From contig CAXKVF010000082.1 in the NCBI GenBank assembly GCA_964057225.1, forward strand, positions 62,001 through 126,000: 64,000 nt of DNA. Reading direction: 5' to 3'. The DNA is from Auanema rhodensis (taxonomy: Eukaryota > Animalia > Nematoda). Below, in pieces: positions 23,787 to 37,500 of this stretch (within the stretch, counting starts at the first letter, position 1; the number at the start of each line of letters is the position of its first letter). Both the position numbers and the translations under genes were made by a program. Under the pieces are notes generated by a model. That model was not told the DNA's origin, ran no database searches, and saw nothing but the letters and a program-made list of their open reading frames with translations.

Positions 23787-26700
23787 TTCACGTAAATTTC
23801 AAAGTCATGGTTACCATGCACCAATATCAATAAAAATTTGTTTTTAGACTAAAATGGACATGAGGAATCTAATTTTGAAAACCGCATCTCTTTATCTTTC
23901 ACGTGAAGCGAGTTACATACCGAGTGCACATCACGTGTACATTTAATTAGCATAAATTAAAGTTCACGTAAATTTCAAAGTCATGGTTACCATGCACCAA
24001 TATCAATAAAAATTTGTTTTTAGACTAATATCGACATGGGGAATCTAATTTTGAAAACCGCATCTCTTCATCTTTCACGTGAAGCGAGTTACATACCAAG
24101 TGCACATCACGTCTAAATTTAATTAGCATAAATTAAAGTTCACGAAAATTTCAAAGTCATGGTTACCATGAACCAATATCAATAACAATTTGTTTTTAGA
24201 CTAATATGGACATGGGCAATCTAATTTTGAAAACCGCATCTCTTTATCTTTCACGTGAAGCGAGTTACATACCAAGTGCACATCACGTGTACATTTAATT
24301 AGCATAAATTAAAGTTCACGTAAATTTCAAAGTCATGGTTACCATGAACCAATATCAATAAAAATTTGTTTTTAGACTAATATGGATATGGGGAATCTAA
24401 TTTTGAAAACCGCATCTTTTTATCTTTCACGTGAAGCGAGTTACATACCAAGTGCACATCACGTGTACATTTAATTAGCATAAATTAAAGTTCACGTAAA
24501 TTTCAAAGTCATGGTTACCATGAACCAATATCAATAACAATTTGTTTTTAGACTAATATGGACATGGGGAATCAAATTTTGAAAACCGCATCTCTTTATC
24601 TTTCACGTGAAGCGGGTTACATACCAAGTGCACATCACGTGTACATTTAATTAGCATAAATTAAAGTTCACGTAAATTTCAAAGTCATGGTTACCATGCA
24701 CCAATATCAATAAAAATTTGTTTTTAGACTAATATGGACATGGGGAATCTAATGTTGAAAACCGCATCTCTTGATCTTTCACGTGAAGCGAGTTACATAC
24801 CAAGTGCACATCACGTGTACATTTAATTAGCATAAATTAAAGTTCACGTAAATTTCAAAGTCATGGTTACCATGCACCAATATCAATAAAAATTTGTTTT
24901 TAGACTAATATGGACATGGGGAATCTAATGTTGAAAACCGCATCTCTTTATCTTTCACGTGAAGCGAGTTACATACCAAGTGCACATCACGTGTACATTT
25001 AATTAGCATAAATTAAAGTTCACGTAAATTTCAAAGTCATGGTTACCATGAACCAATATCAATAAAAATTTGTTTTTAGACTAATATGGACATGGGCAAT
25101 CTAATTTTGAAAACCGCATCTCTTTATCTTTCACGTGAAGCGAGTTACATACCAAGTGCACATCACGTGTACATTTAATTAGCATAAATTAAAGTTCACG
25201 TAAATTTCAAAGTCATGGTTACCATGAACCAATATCAATTAAAATTTGTTTTTAGACTAATATGGACATGGGCAATCTAATTTTGAAAACCGCATCTCTT
25301 TATCTTTCACGTGAAGCGAGTTACATACCAAGTGCACATCACGTGTACATTTAATTAGCATAAATTAAAGTTCACGTAAATTTCAAAGTCACGGTTACCA
25401 TGCACCAATATCAATAAAAATTTGATTTTAGACTAATATGGACATGGGGAATCTAATTTTGAAAACCGTATCTCTTTATCTTTCACGTGAAGCGAGTTAC
25501 ATACCAAGTGCACATCACGTGTACATTTAATTAGCATAAATTAAAGTTCACGTAAATTTCAAAGTCATGGTTACCATGAACCAATATCAATAACAATTTG
25601 TTTTTAGACTAATATGGACATGGGCAATCTAGTTTTGAAAACCGCATCTCTTTATCTTTCACGTGAAGCGAGTTACATACCAAGTGCACATCACGTGTAC
25701 ATTTAATTAGCATAAATTAAAGTTCACGTAAATTTCAAAGTCATGGTTACCATGCACCAATATCAATAAAAATTTGTTTTTAGACTAATATGGACATGGG
25801 GAATCTAATTTTGAAAACCGCATCTCTTCATCTTTCACGTGAAGCGAGTTACATACCAAGTGCACATCACGTCTAAATTTAATTAGCATAAATTAAAGTT
25901 CACGAAAATTTCAAAGTCATGGTTACCATGAACCAATATCAATAAAAATTTGTTTTTAGACTAATATGGACATGGGCAATCTAATTTTAAAAACCGCATC
26001 TCTTCATCTTTCACGTGAAGCGAGTTACATACCAAGTGCACATCACGTGTACATTTAATTAGCATAAATTAAAGTTCACGTAAATTTCAAAGTCATGGTT
26101 ACCATGCACCAATATCAATAAAAATTTGTTTTTAGACTAATATGGACATGGGGAATCTAATGTTGAAAACCGCATCTCTTGATCTTTCACGTGAAGCGAG
26201 TTACATACCAAGTGCACATCACGTGTACATTTAATTAGCATAAATTAAAGTTCACGTAAATTTCAAAGTCATGGTTACCATGAACCAATATCAATAAAAA
26301 TTTGTTTTTAGACTAATATGGACATGGGGAATCTAATTTTGAAAACCGCATCTCTTTATCTTTCACGTGAAGCGAGTTACATACCAAGTGCACATCACGT
26401 GTACATTTAATTAGCATAAATTAAAGTTCACGTAAATTTCAAAGTCATGGTTACCATGCACCAATATCAATAAAAATTTGTTTTTAGACTAATATGGACA
26501 TGGGGAATCTAATGTTGAAAACCGCATCTCTTTATCTTTCACGTGAAGCGAGTTACATACCAAGTGCACATCACGTGTACATTTAATTAGCATAAATTAA
26601 AGTTCACGTAAATTTCAAAGTCATGGTTACCATGAACCAATATCAATAAAAATTTGTTTTTAGACTAATATGGACATGGGCAATCTAATTTTGAAAACCG

Positions 26701-29700
26701 CATCTCTTTATCTTTCACGTGAAGCGAGTTACATACCAAGTGCACATCACGTGTACATTTAATTAGCATAAATTAAAGTTCACGTAAATTTCAAAGTCAT
26801 GGTTACCATGAACCAATATCAATTAAAATTTGTTTTTAGACTAATATGGACATGGGCAATCTAATTTTGAAAACCGCATCTCTTTATCTTTCACGTGAAG
26901 CGAGTTACATACCAAGTGCACATCACGTGTACATTTAATTAGCATAAATTAAAGTTCACGTAAATTTCAAAGTCATGGTTACCATGCACCAATATCAATA
27001 AAAATTTGTTTTTAGACTAAAATGGACATGAGGAATCTAATTTTGAAAACCGCATCTCTTTATCTTTCACGTGAAGCGAGTTACATACCGAGTGCACATC
27101 ACGTGTACATTTAATTAGCATAAATTAAAGTTCACGTAAATTTCAAAGTCATGGTTACCATGCACCAATATCAATAAAAATTTGTTTTTAGACTAATATC
27201 GACATGGGGAATCTAATTTTGAAAACCGCATCTCTTCATCTTTCACGTGAAGCGAGTTACATACCAAGTGCACATCACGTCTAAATTTAATTAGCATAAA
27301 TTAAAGTTCACGAAAATTTCAAAGTCATGGTTACCATGAACCAATATCAATAACAATTTGTTTTTAGACTAATATGGACATGGGCAATCTAATTTTGAAA
27401 ACCGCATCTCTTTATCTTTCACGTGAAGCGAGTTACATACCAAGTGCACATCACGTGTACATTTAATTAGCATAAATTAAAGTTCACGTAAATTTCAAAG
27501 TCATGGTTACCATGAACCAATATCAATAAAAATTTGTTTTTAGACTAATATGGATATGGGGAATCTAATTTTGAAAACCGCATCTTTTTATCTTTCACGT
27601 GAAGCGAGTTACATACCAAGTGCACATCACGTGTACATTTAATTAGCATAAATTAAAGTTCACGTAAATTTCAAAGTCATGGTTACCATGAACCAATATC
27701 AATAACAATTTGTTTTTAGACTAATATGGACATGGGGAATCAAATTTTGAAAACCGCATCTCTTTATCTTTCACGTGAAGCGGGTTACATACCAAGTGCA
27801 CATCACGTGTACATTTAATTAGCATAAATTAAAGTTCACGTAAATTTCAAAGTCATGGTTACCATGCACCAATATCAATAAAAATTTGTTTTTAGACTAA
27901 TATGGACATGGGGAATCTAATGTTGAAAACCGCATCTCTTGATCTTTCACGTGAAGCGAGTTACATACCAAGTGCACATCACGTGTACATTTAATTAGCA
28001 TAAATTAAAGTTCACGTAAATTTCAAAGTCATGGTTACCATGCACCAATATCAATAAAAATTTGTTTTTAGACTAATATGGACATGGGGAATCTAATGTT
28101 GAAAACCGCATCTCTTTATCTTTCACGTGAAGCGAGTTACATACCAAGTGCACATCACGTGTACATTTAATTAGCATAAATTAAAGTTCACGTAAATTTC
28201 AAAGTCATGGTTACCATGAACCAATATCAATAAAAATTTGTTTTTAGACTAATATGGACATGGGCAATCTAATTTTGAAAACCGCATCTCTTTATCTTTC
28301 ACGTGAAGCGAGTTACATACCAAGTGCACATCACGTGTACATTTAATTAGCATAAATTAAAGTTCACGTAAATTTCAAAGTCATGGTTACCATGAACCAA
28401 TATCAATTAAAATTTGTTTTTAGACTAATATGGACATGGGCAATCTAATTTTGAAAACCGCATCTCTTTATCTTTCACGTGAAGCGAGTTACATACCAAG
28501 TGCACATCACGTGTACATTTAATTAGCATAAATTAAAGTTCACGTAAATTTCAAAGTCATGGTTACCATGCACCAATATCAATAAAAATTTGTTTTTAGA
28601 CTAAAATGGACATGAGGAATCTAATTTTGAAAACCGCATCTCTTTATCTTTCACGTGAAGCGAGTTACATACCGAGTGCACATCACGTGTACATTTAATT
28701 AGCATAAATTAAAGTTCACGTAAATTTCAAAGTCATGGTTACCATGCACCAATATCAATAAAAATTTGTTTTTAGACTAATATCGACATGGGGAATCTAA
28801 TTTTGAAAACCGCATCTCTTCATCTTTCACGTGAAGCGAGTTACATACCAAGTGCACATCACGTCTAAATTTAATTAGCATAAATTAAAGTTCACGAAAA
28901 TTTCAAAGTCATGGTTACCATGAACCAATATCAATAACAATTTGTTTTTAGACTAATATGGACATGGGCAATCTAATTTTGAAAACCGCATCTCTTTATC
29001 TTTCACGTGAAGCGAGTTACATACCAAGTGCACATCACGTGTACATTTAATTAGCATAAATTAAAGTTCACGTAAATTTCAAAGTCATGGTTACCATGAA
29101 CCAATATCAATAAAAATTTGTTTTTAGACTAATATGGATATGGGGAATCTAATTTTGAAAACCGCATCTTTTTATCTTTCACGTGAAGCGAGTTACATAC
29201 CAAGTGCACATCACGTGTACATTTAATTAGCATAAATTAAAGTTCACGTAAATTTCAAAGTCATGGTTACCATGAACCAATATCAATAACAATTTGTTTT
29301 TAGACTAATATGGACATGGGGAATCAAATTTTGAAAACCGCATCTCTTTATCTTTCACGTGAAGCGGGTTACATACCAAGTGCACATCACGTGTACATTT
29401 AATTAGCATAAATTAAAGTTCACGTAAATTTCAAAGTCATGGTTACCATGCACCAATATCAATAAAAATTTGTTTTTAGACTAATATGGACATGGGGAAT
29501 CTAATGTTGAAAACCGCATCTCTTGATCTTTCACGTGAAGCGAGTTACATACCAAGTGCACATCACGTGTACATTTAATTAGCATAAATTAAAGTTCACG
29601 TAAATTTCAAAGTCATGGTTACCATGCACCAATATCAATAAAAATTTGTTTTTAGACTAATATGGACATGGGGAATCTAATGTTGAAAACCGCATCTCTT

Positions 29701-30122
29701 TATCTTTCACGTGAAGCGAGTTACATACCAAGTGCACATCACGTGTACATTTAATTAGCATAAATTAAAGTTCACGTAAATTTCAAAGTCATGGTTACCA
29801 TGAACCAATATCAATAAAAATTTGTTTTTAGACTAATATGGACATGGGCAATCTAATTTTGAAAACCGCATCTCTTTATCTTTCACGTGAAGCGAGTTAC
29901 ATACCAAGTGCACATCACGTGTACATTTAATTAGCATAAATTAAAGTTCACGTAAATTTCAAAGTCATGGTTACCATGAACCAATATCAATTAAAATTTG
30001 TTTTTAGACTAATATGGACATGGGCAATCTAATTTTGAAAACCGCATCTCTTTATCTTTCACGTGAAGCGAGTTACATACCAAGTGCACATCACGTGTAC
30101 ATTTAATTAGCATAAATTAAAG
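23787..30122. repeat. 9-monomer (1584-bp) higher-order units arranged X-Y-X-X
   Basis: Unit X (markers AAAATGG, TATCGAC, GGATATG, ATCAAA+GCGGGT, AATGTTG+CTTGA) lies at 23787-25370, 26955-28538 and 28539-30122. A different 9-mer Y (TCACGG+TGATTT+CCGTAT, CTAGTT) lies at 25371-26954. Confidence 0.9.
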
Positions 30123-32586
30123 TTCACGTAAATTTCAAAGTCACGGTTACCATGCACCAATATCAATAAAAATTTGATTTTAGACTAATATGGACATGGG
30201 GAATCTAATTTTGAAAACCGTATCTCTTTATCTTTCACGTGAAGCGAGTTACATACCAAGTGCACATCACGTGTACATTTAATTAGCATAAATTAAAGTT
30301 CACGTAAATTTCAAAGTCATGGTTACCATGAACCAATATCAATAACAATTTGTTTTTAGACTAATATGGACATGGGCAATCTAGTTTTGAAAACCGCATC
30401 TCTTTATCTTTCACGTGAAGCGAGTTACATACCAAGTGCACATCACGTGTACATTTAATTAGCATAAATTAAAGTTCACGTAAATTTCAAAGTCATGGTT
30501 ACCATGCACCAATATCAATAAAAATTTGTTTTTAGACTAATATGGACATGGGGAATCTAATTTTGAAAACCGCATCTCTTCATCTTTCACGTGAAGCGAG
30601 TTACATACCAAGTGCACATCACGTCTAAATTTAATTAGCATAAATTAAAGTTCACGAAAATTTCAAAGTCATGGTTACCATGAACCAATATCAATAAAAA
30701 TTTGTTTTTAGACTAATATGGACATGGGCAATCTAATTTTGAAAACCGCATCTCTTCATCTTTCACGTGAAGCGAGTTACATACCAAGTGCACATCACGT
30801 GTACATTTAATTAGCATAAATTAAAGTTCACGTAAATTTCAAAGTCATGGTTACCATGCACCAATATCAATAAAAATTTGTTTTTAGACTAATATGGACA
30901 TGGGGAATCTAATGTTGAAAACCGCATCTCTTGATCTTTCACGTGAAGCGAGTTACATACCAAGTGCACATCACGTGTACATTTAATTAGCATAAATTAA
31001 AGTTCACGTAAATTTCAAAGTCATGGTTACCATGAACCAATATCAATAAAAATTTGTTTTTAGACTAATATGGACATGGGGAATCTAATTTTGAAAACCG
31101 CATCTCTTTATCTTTCACGTGAAGCGAGTTACATACCAAGTGCACATCACGTGTACATTTAATTAGCATAAATTAAAGTTCACGTAAATTTCAAAGTCAT
31201 GGTTACCATGAACCAATATCAATAAAAATTTGTTTTTAGACTAATATGGACATGGGCAATCTAATTTTGAAAACCGCATCTCTTTATCTTTCACGTGAAG
31301 CGAGTTACATACCAAGTGCACATCACGTGTACATTTAATTAGCATAAATTAAAGTTCACGTAAATTTCAAAGTCATGGTTACCATGAACCAATATCAATT
31401 AAAATTTGTTTTTAGACTAATATGGACATGGGCAATCTAATTTTGAAAACCGCATCTCTTTATCTTTCACGTGAAGCGAGTTACATACCAAGTGCACATC
31501 ACGTGTACATTTAATTAGCATAAATTAAAGTTCACGTAAATTTCAAAGTCACGGTTACCATGCACCAATATCAATAAAAATTTGATTTTAGACTAATATG
31601 GACATGGGGAATCTAATTTTGAAAACCGTATCTCTTTATCTTTCACGTGAAGCGAGTTACATACCAAGTGCACATCACGTGTACATTTAATTAGCATAAA
31701 TTAAAGTTCACGTAAATTTCAAAGTCATGGTTACCATGAACCAATATCAATAACAATTTGTTTTTAGACTAATATGGACATGGGCAATCTAGTTTTGAAA
31801 ACCGCATCTCTTTATCTTTCACGTGAAGCGAGTTACATACCAAGTGCACATCACGTGTACATTTAATTAGCATAAATTAAAGTTCACGTAAATTTCAAAG
31901 TCATGGTTACCATGCACCAATATCAATAAAAATTTGTTTTTAGACTAATATGGACATGGGGAATCTAATTTTGAAAACCGCATCTCTTCATCTTTCACGT
32001 GAAGCGAGTTACATACCAAGTGCACATCACGTCTAAATTTAATTAGCATAAATTAAAGTTCACGAAAATTTCAAAGTCATGGTTACCATGAACCAATATC
32101 AATAAAAATTTGTTTTTAGACTAATATGGACATGGGCAATCTAATTTTGAAAACCGCATCTCTTCATCTTTCACGTGAAGCGAGTTACATACCAAGTGCA
32201 CATCACGTGTACATTTAATTAGCATAAATTAAAGTTCACGTAAATTTCAAAGTCATGGTTACCATGCACCAATATCAATAAAAATTTGTTTTTAGACTAA
32301 TATGGACATGGGGAATCTAATGTTGAAAACCGCATCTCTTGATCTTTCACGTGAAGCGAGTTACATACCAAGTGCACATCACGTGTACATTTAATTAGCA
32401 TAAATTAAAGTTCACGTAAATTTCAAAGTCATGGTTACCATGAACCAATATCAATAAAAATTTGTTTTTAGACTAATATGGACATGGGGAATCTAATTTT
32501 GAAAACCGCATCTCTTTATCTTTCACGTGAAGCGAGTTACATACCAAGTGCACATCACGTGTACATTTAATTAGCATAAATTAAAG
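29771..32586. repeat. 8-monomer (1408-bp) tandem duplication: 29771-31178 and 31179-32586
   Basis: The marker order GGGCA, ATTAAAA, TGATTT+CCGTAT, CTAGTT, GTCTAAA, CGAAAA, CTTGA, plain occurs twice. Confidence 0.85.
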
Positions 32587-32869
32587 TTCACGTAAATTTC
32601 AAAGTCATGGTTACCATGCACCAATATCAATAAAAATTTGTTTTTAGACTAATATGGACATGGGGAATCTAATGTTGAAAACCGCATCTCTTTATCTTTC
32701 ACGTGAAGCGAGTTACATACCAAGTGCACATCACGTGTACATTTAATTAGCATAAATTAAAGTTCACGTAAATTTCAAAGTCATGGTTACCATGAACCAA
32801 TATCAATAAAAATTTGTTTTTAGACTAATATGGACATGGGGAATCTAATTTTGAAAACCGCATCTCTTC

Positions 32870-32885
32870 ATCTTTCAATCTTTCA
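32870..32885. repeat. 8-bp tandem duplication (ATCTTTCA)x2 giving 184-bp monomers (first of 4 copies)
   Basis: Seen at 32870-32885, 33934-33949, 43146-43161 and 44561-44576, always on the CTTCATC (T107C) background. Confidence 0.95.
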
Positions 32886-34130
32886 CGTGAAGCGAGTTAC
32901 ATACCAAGTGCACATCACGTGTACATTTAATTAGCATAAATTAAAGTTCACGTAAATTTCAAAGTCATGGTTACCATGAACCAATATCAATTAAAATTTG
33001 TTTTTAGACTAATATGGACATGGGCAATCTAATTTTGAAAACCGCATCTCTTTATCTTTCACGTGAAGCGAGTTACATACCAAGTGCACATCACGTGTAC
33101 ATTTAATTAGCATAAATTAAAGTTCACGTAAATTTCAAAGTCACGGTTACCATGCACCAATATCAATAAAAATTTGTTTTTAGACTAATATGGACATGGG
33201 GAATCTAATTTTGAAAACCGTATCTCTTTATCTTTCACGTGAAGCGAGTTACATACCAAGTGCACATCACGTGTACATTTAATTAGCATAAATTAAAGTT
33301 CACGTAAATTTCAAAGTCATGGTTACCATGAACCAATATCAATAACAATTTGTTTTTAGACTAATATGGACATGGGCAATCTAATTTTGAAAACCGCATC
33401 TCTTTATCTTTCACGTGAAGCGAGTTACATACCAAGTGCACATCACGTGTACATTTAATTAGCATAAATTAAAGTTCACGTAAATTTCAAAGTCATGGTT
33501 ACCATGCACCAATATCAATAAAAATTTGTTTTTAGACTAATATGGACATGGGGAATCTAATTTTGAAAACCGCATCTCTTCATCTTTCACGTGAAGCGAG
33601 TTACATACCAAGTGCACATCACGTCTAAATTTAATTAGCATAAATTAAAGTTCACGAAAATTTCAAAGTCATGGTTACCATGAACCAATATCAATAAAAA
33701 TTTGTTTTTAGACTAATATGGACATGGGCAATCTAATTTTGAAAACCGCATCTCTTCATCTTTCACGTGAAGCGAGTTACATACCAAGTGCACATCACGT
33801 GTACATTTAATTAGCATAAATTAAAGTTCACGTAAATTTCAAAGTCATGGTTACCATGCACCAATATCAATAAAAATTTGTTTTTAGACTAATATGGACA
33901 TGGGGAATCTAATTTTGAAAACCGCATCTCTTCATCTTTCAATCTTTCACGTGAAGCGAGTTACATACCAAGTGCACATCACGTGTACATTTAATTAGCA
34001 TAAATTAAAGTTCACGTAAATTTCAAAGTCATGGTTACCATGAACCAATATCAATAAAAATTTGTTTTTAGACTAATATGGACATGGGGAATCTAATTTT
34101 GAAAACCGCATCTCTTTATCTTTCACGTGA

Positions 34131-34145
34131 AGCGAGTTCATACCA
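34131..34145. repeat. 1-bp deletion GAGTTACAT>GAGTTCAT giving 175-bp monomers (first of 7 copies)
   Basis: Near 34138, 43350, 44765, 52032, 53993, 58092 and 60933. Each shifts the array phase by -1. Confidence 0.93.
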
Positions 34146-34537
34146 AGTGCACATCACGTGTACATTTAATTAGCATAAATTAAAGTTCACGTAAATTTCA
34201 AAGTCATGGTTACCATGCACCAATATCAATAAAAATTTGTTTTTAGACTAATATGGACATGGGGAATCTAATTTTGAAAACCGCATCTCTTTATCTTTCA
34301 CGTGAAGCGAGTTACATACCAAGTGCACATCACGTGTACATTTAATTAGCATAAATTAAAGTTCACGTAAATTTCAAAGTCATGTTTACCATGAAGCAAT
34401 ATCAATAAAAATTTGTTTTTAGACTAATATGGACAGGGGGAATCTAATTTTGAAAACCGCATCTCTTTATCTTTCACGTGAAGCGAGTTACATACCAAGT
34501 GCACATCACGTGTACATTTAATTAGCATAAATTAAAG

Positions 34538-37500
34538 TTCACGTAAAATTCAAAGTCATGGTTACCATGCACCAATATCAATAAAAATTTGTTTTTAGAC
34601 TAATATGGACATGGGGAATCTAATTTTGAAAACCGCATCTCTTTATCTTTCACGTGAAGCGAGTTACATACCAAGTGCACATCACGTGTACATTTAATTA
34701 GCATAAATTAAAGTTCACGTAAATTTCAAAGTCACGGTTACCATGCACCAATATCAATAAAAATTTGTTTTTAGACTAATATGGACATGGGGAATCTAAT
34801 TTTGAAAACCGCATCTCTTTATCTTTCACGTGAAGCGAGTTACATACCAAGTGCACATCACGTGTACATTTAATTAGCATAAATTAAAGTTCACGTAAAT
34901 TTAATCTCGAAAAATTCACGTAAAATTTCAAAGTCATGGTTACCATGAACCAATATCAATAACAATTTGTTTTTAGACTAATATGGACATGGGCAATCTA
35001 ATTTTGAAAACCGCATCTCTTTATCTTTCACGTGAAGCGAGTTACATACCAAGTGCACATCACGTGTACATTTAATTAGCATAAATTAAAGTTCACGTAA
35101 ATTTCAAAGTCATGGTTACCATGCACCAATATCAATAAAAATTTGTTTTTAGACTAATATGGACATGAGGAATCTAATTTTGAAAACCGCATCTCTTTAT
35201 CTTTCACGTGAAGCGAGTTACATACCGAGTGCACATCACGTGTACATTTAATTAGCATAAATTAAAGTTCACGTAAATTTCAAAGTCATGGTTACCATGC
35301 ACCAATATCAATAAAAATTTGTTTTTAGACTAATATGGACATGGGGAATCTAATTTTGAAAACCGCATCTCTTCATCTTTCACGTGAAGCGAGTTACATA
35401 CCAAGTGCACATCACGTCTAAATTTAATTAGCATAAATTAAAGTTCACGAAAATTTCAAAGTCATGGTTACCATGAACCAATAACAATAAAAATTTGTTT
35501 TTAGACTAATATGGACATGGGCAATCTAATTTTGAAAACCGCATCTCTTCATCTTTCACGTGAAGCGAGTTACATACCAAGTGCACATCACGTGTACATT
35601 TAATTAGCATAAATTAAAGTTCACGTAAATTTCAAAGTCATGGTTACCATGAACCAATATCAATAAAAATTTGTTTTTAGACTAATATGGACATGGGGAA
35701 TCTAATTTTGAAAACCGCATCTCTTTATCTTTCACGTGAAGCGAGTTACATACCAAGTGCACATCACGTGTACATTTAATTAGCATAAATTAAAGTTCAC
35801 GTAAATTTCAAAGTCATGGTTACCATGAACCAATATCAATTAAAATTTGTTTTTAGACTAATATTGACATGGGCAATCTAATTTTGAAAACCGCATCTCT
35901 TTATCTTTCACGTGAAGCGAGTTACATACCAAGTGCACATCACGTGTACATTTAATTAGCATAAATTAAAGTTCACGTAAATTTCAAAGTCATGGTTACC
36001 ATGAACCAATATCAATAACAATTTGTTTTTAGACTAATATGGACATGGGCAATCTAATTTTGAAAACCGCATCTCTTTATCTTTCACGTGAAGCGAGTTA
36101 CATACCAAGTGCACATCACGTGTACATTTAATTAGCATAAATTAAAGTTCACGAAAATTTCAAAGTCATGGTTACCATGCACCAATATCAATAAAAATTT
36201 GTTTTTAGACTAATATGGACATGGGGAATCTAATGTTGAAAACCGCATCTCTTTATCTTTCACGTGAAGCGAGTTACATACCAAGTGCACATCACGTGTA
36301 CATTTAATTAGCATAAATTAAAGTTCACGTAAATTTCAAAGTCATGGTTACCATGAACCAATATCAATAAAAATTTGTTTTTAGACTAATATGGACATGG
36401 GCAATCTAATTTTGAAAACCGCATCTCTTTATCTTTCACGTGAAGCGAGTTACATACCAAGTGCACATCACGTGTACATTTAATTAGCATAAATTAAAGT
36501 TCACGTAAATTTCAAAGTCATGGTTACCATGAACCAATATCAATTAAAATTTGTTTTTAGACTAATATGGACATGGGCAATCTAATTTTGAAAACCGCAT
36601 CTCTTTATCTTTCACGTGAAGCGAGTTACATACCAAGTGCACATCACGTGTACATTTAATTAGCATAAATTAAAGTTCACGTAAATTTCAAAGTCACGGT
36701 TACCATGCACCAATATCAATAAAAATTTGTTTTTAGACTAATATGGACATGGGGAATCTAATTTTGAAAACCGTATCTCTTTATCTTTCACGTGAAGCGA
36801 GTTACATACCAAGTGCACATCACGTGTACATTTAATTAGCATAAATTAAAGTTCACGTAAATTTCAAAGTCATGGTTACCATGAACCAATATCAATAACA
36901 ATTTGTTTTTAGACTAATATGGACATGGGCAATCTAGTTTTGAAAACCGCATCTCTTTATCTTTCACGTGAAGCGAGTTACATACCAAGTGCACATCACG
37001 TGTACATTTAATTAGCATAAATTAAAGTTCACGTAAATTTCAAAGTCATGGTTACCATGCACCAATATCAATAAAAATTTGTTTTTAGACTAATATGGAC
37101 ATGGGGAATCTAATTTTGAAAACCGCATCTCTTCATCTTTCACGTGAAGCGAGTTACATACCAAGTGCACATCACGTCTAAATTTAATTAGCATAAATTA
37201 AAGTTCACGAAAATTTCAAAGTCATGGTTACCATGAACCAATATCAATAAAAATTTGTTTTTAGACTAATATGGACATGGGGAATCTAATTTTGAAAACC
37301 GCATCTCTTCATCTTTCACGTGAAGCGAGTTACATACCAAGTGCACATCACGTCTAAATTTAATTAGCATAAATTAAAGTTCACGAAAATTTCAAAGTCA
37401 TGGTTACCATGAACCAATATCAATAAAAATTTGTTTTTAGACTAATATGGACATGGGCAATCTAATTTTGAAAACCGCATCTCTTCATCTTTCACGTGAA

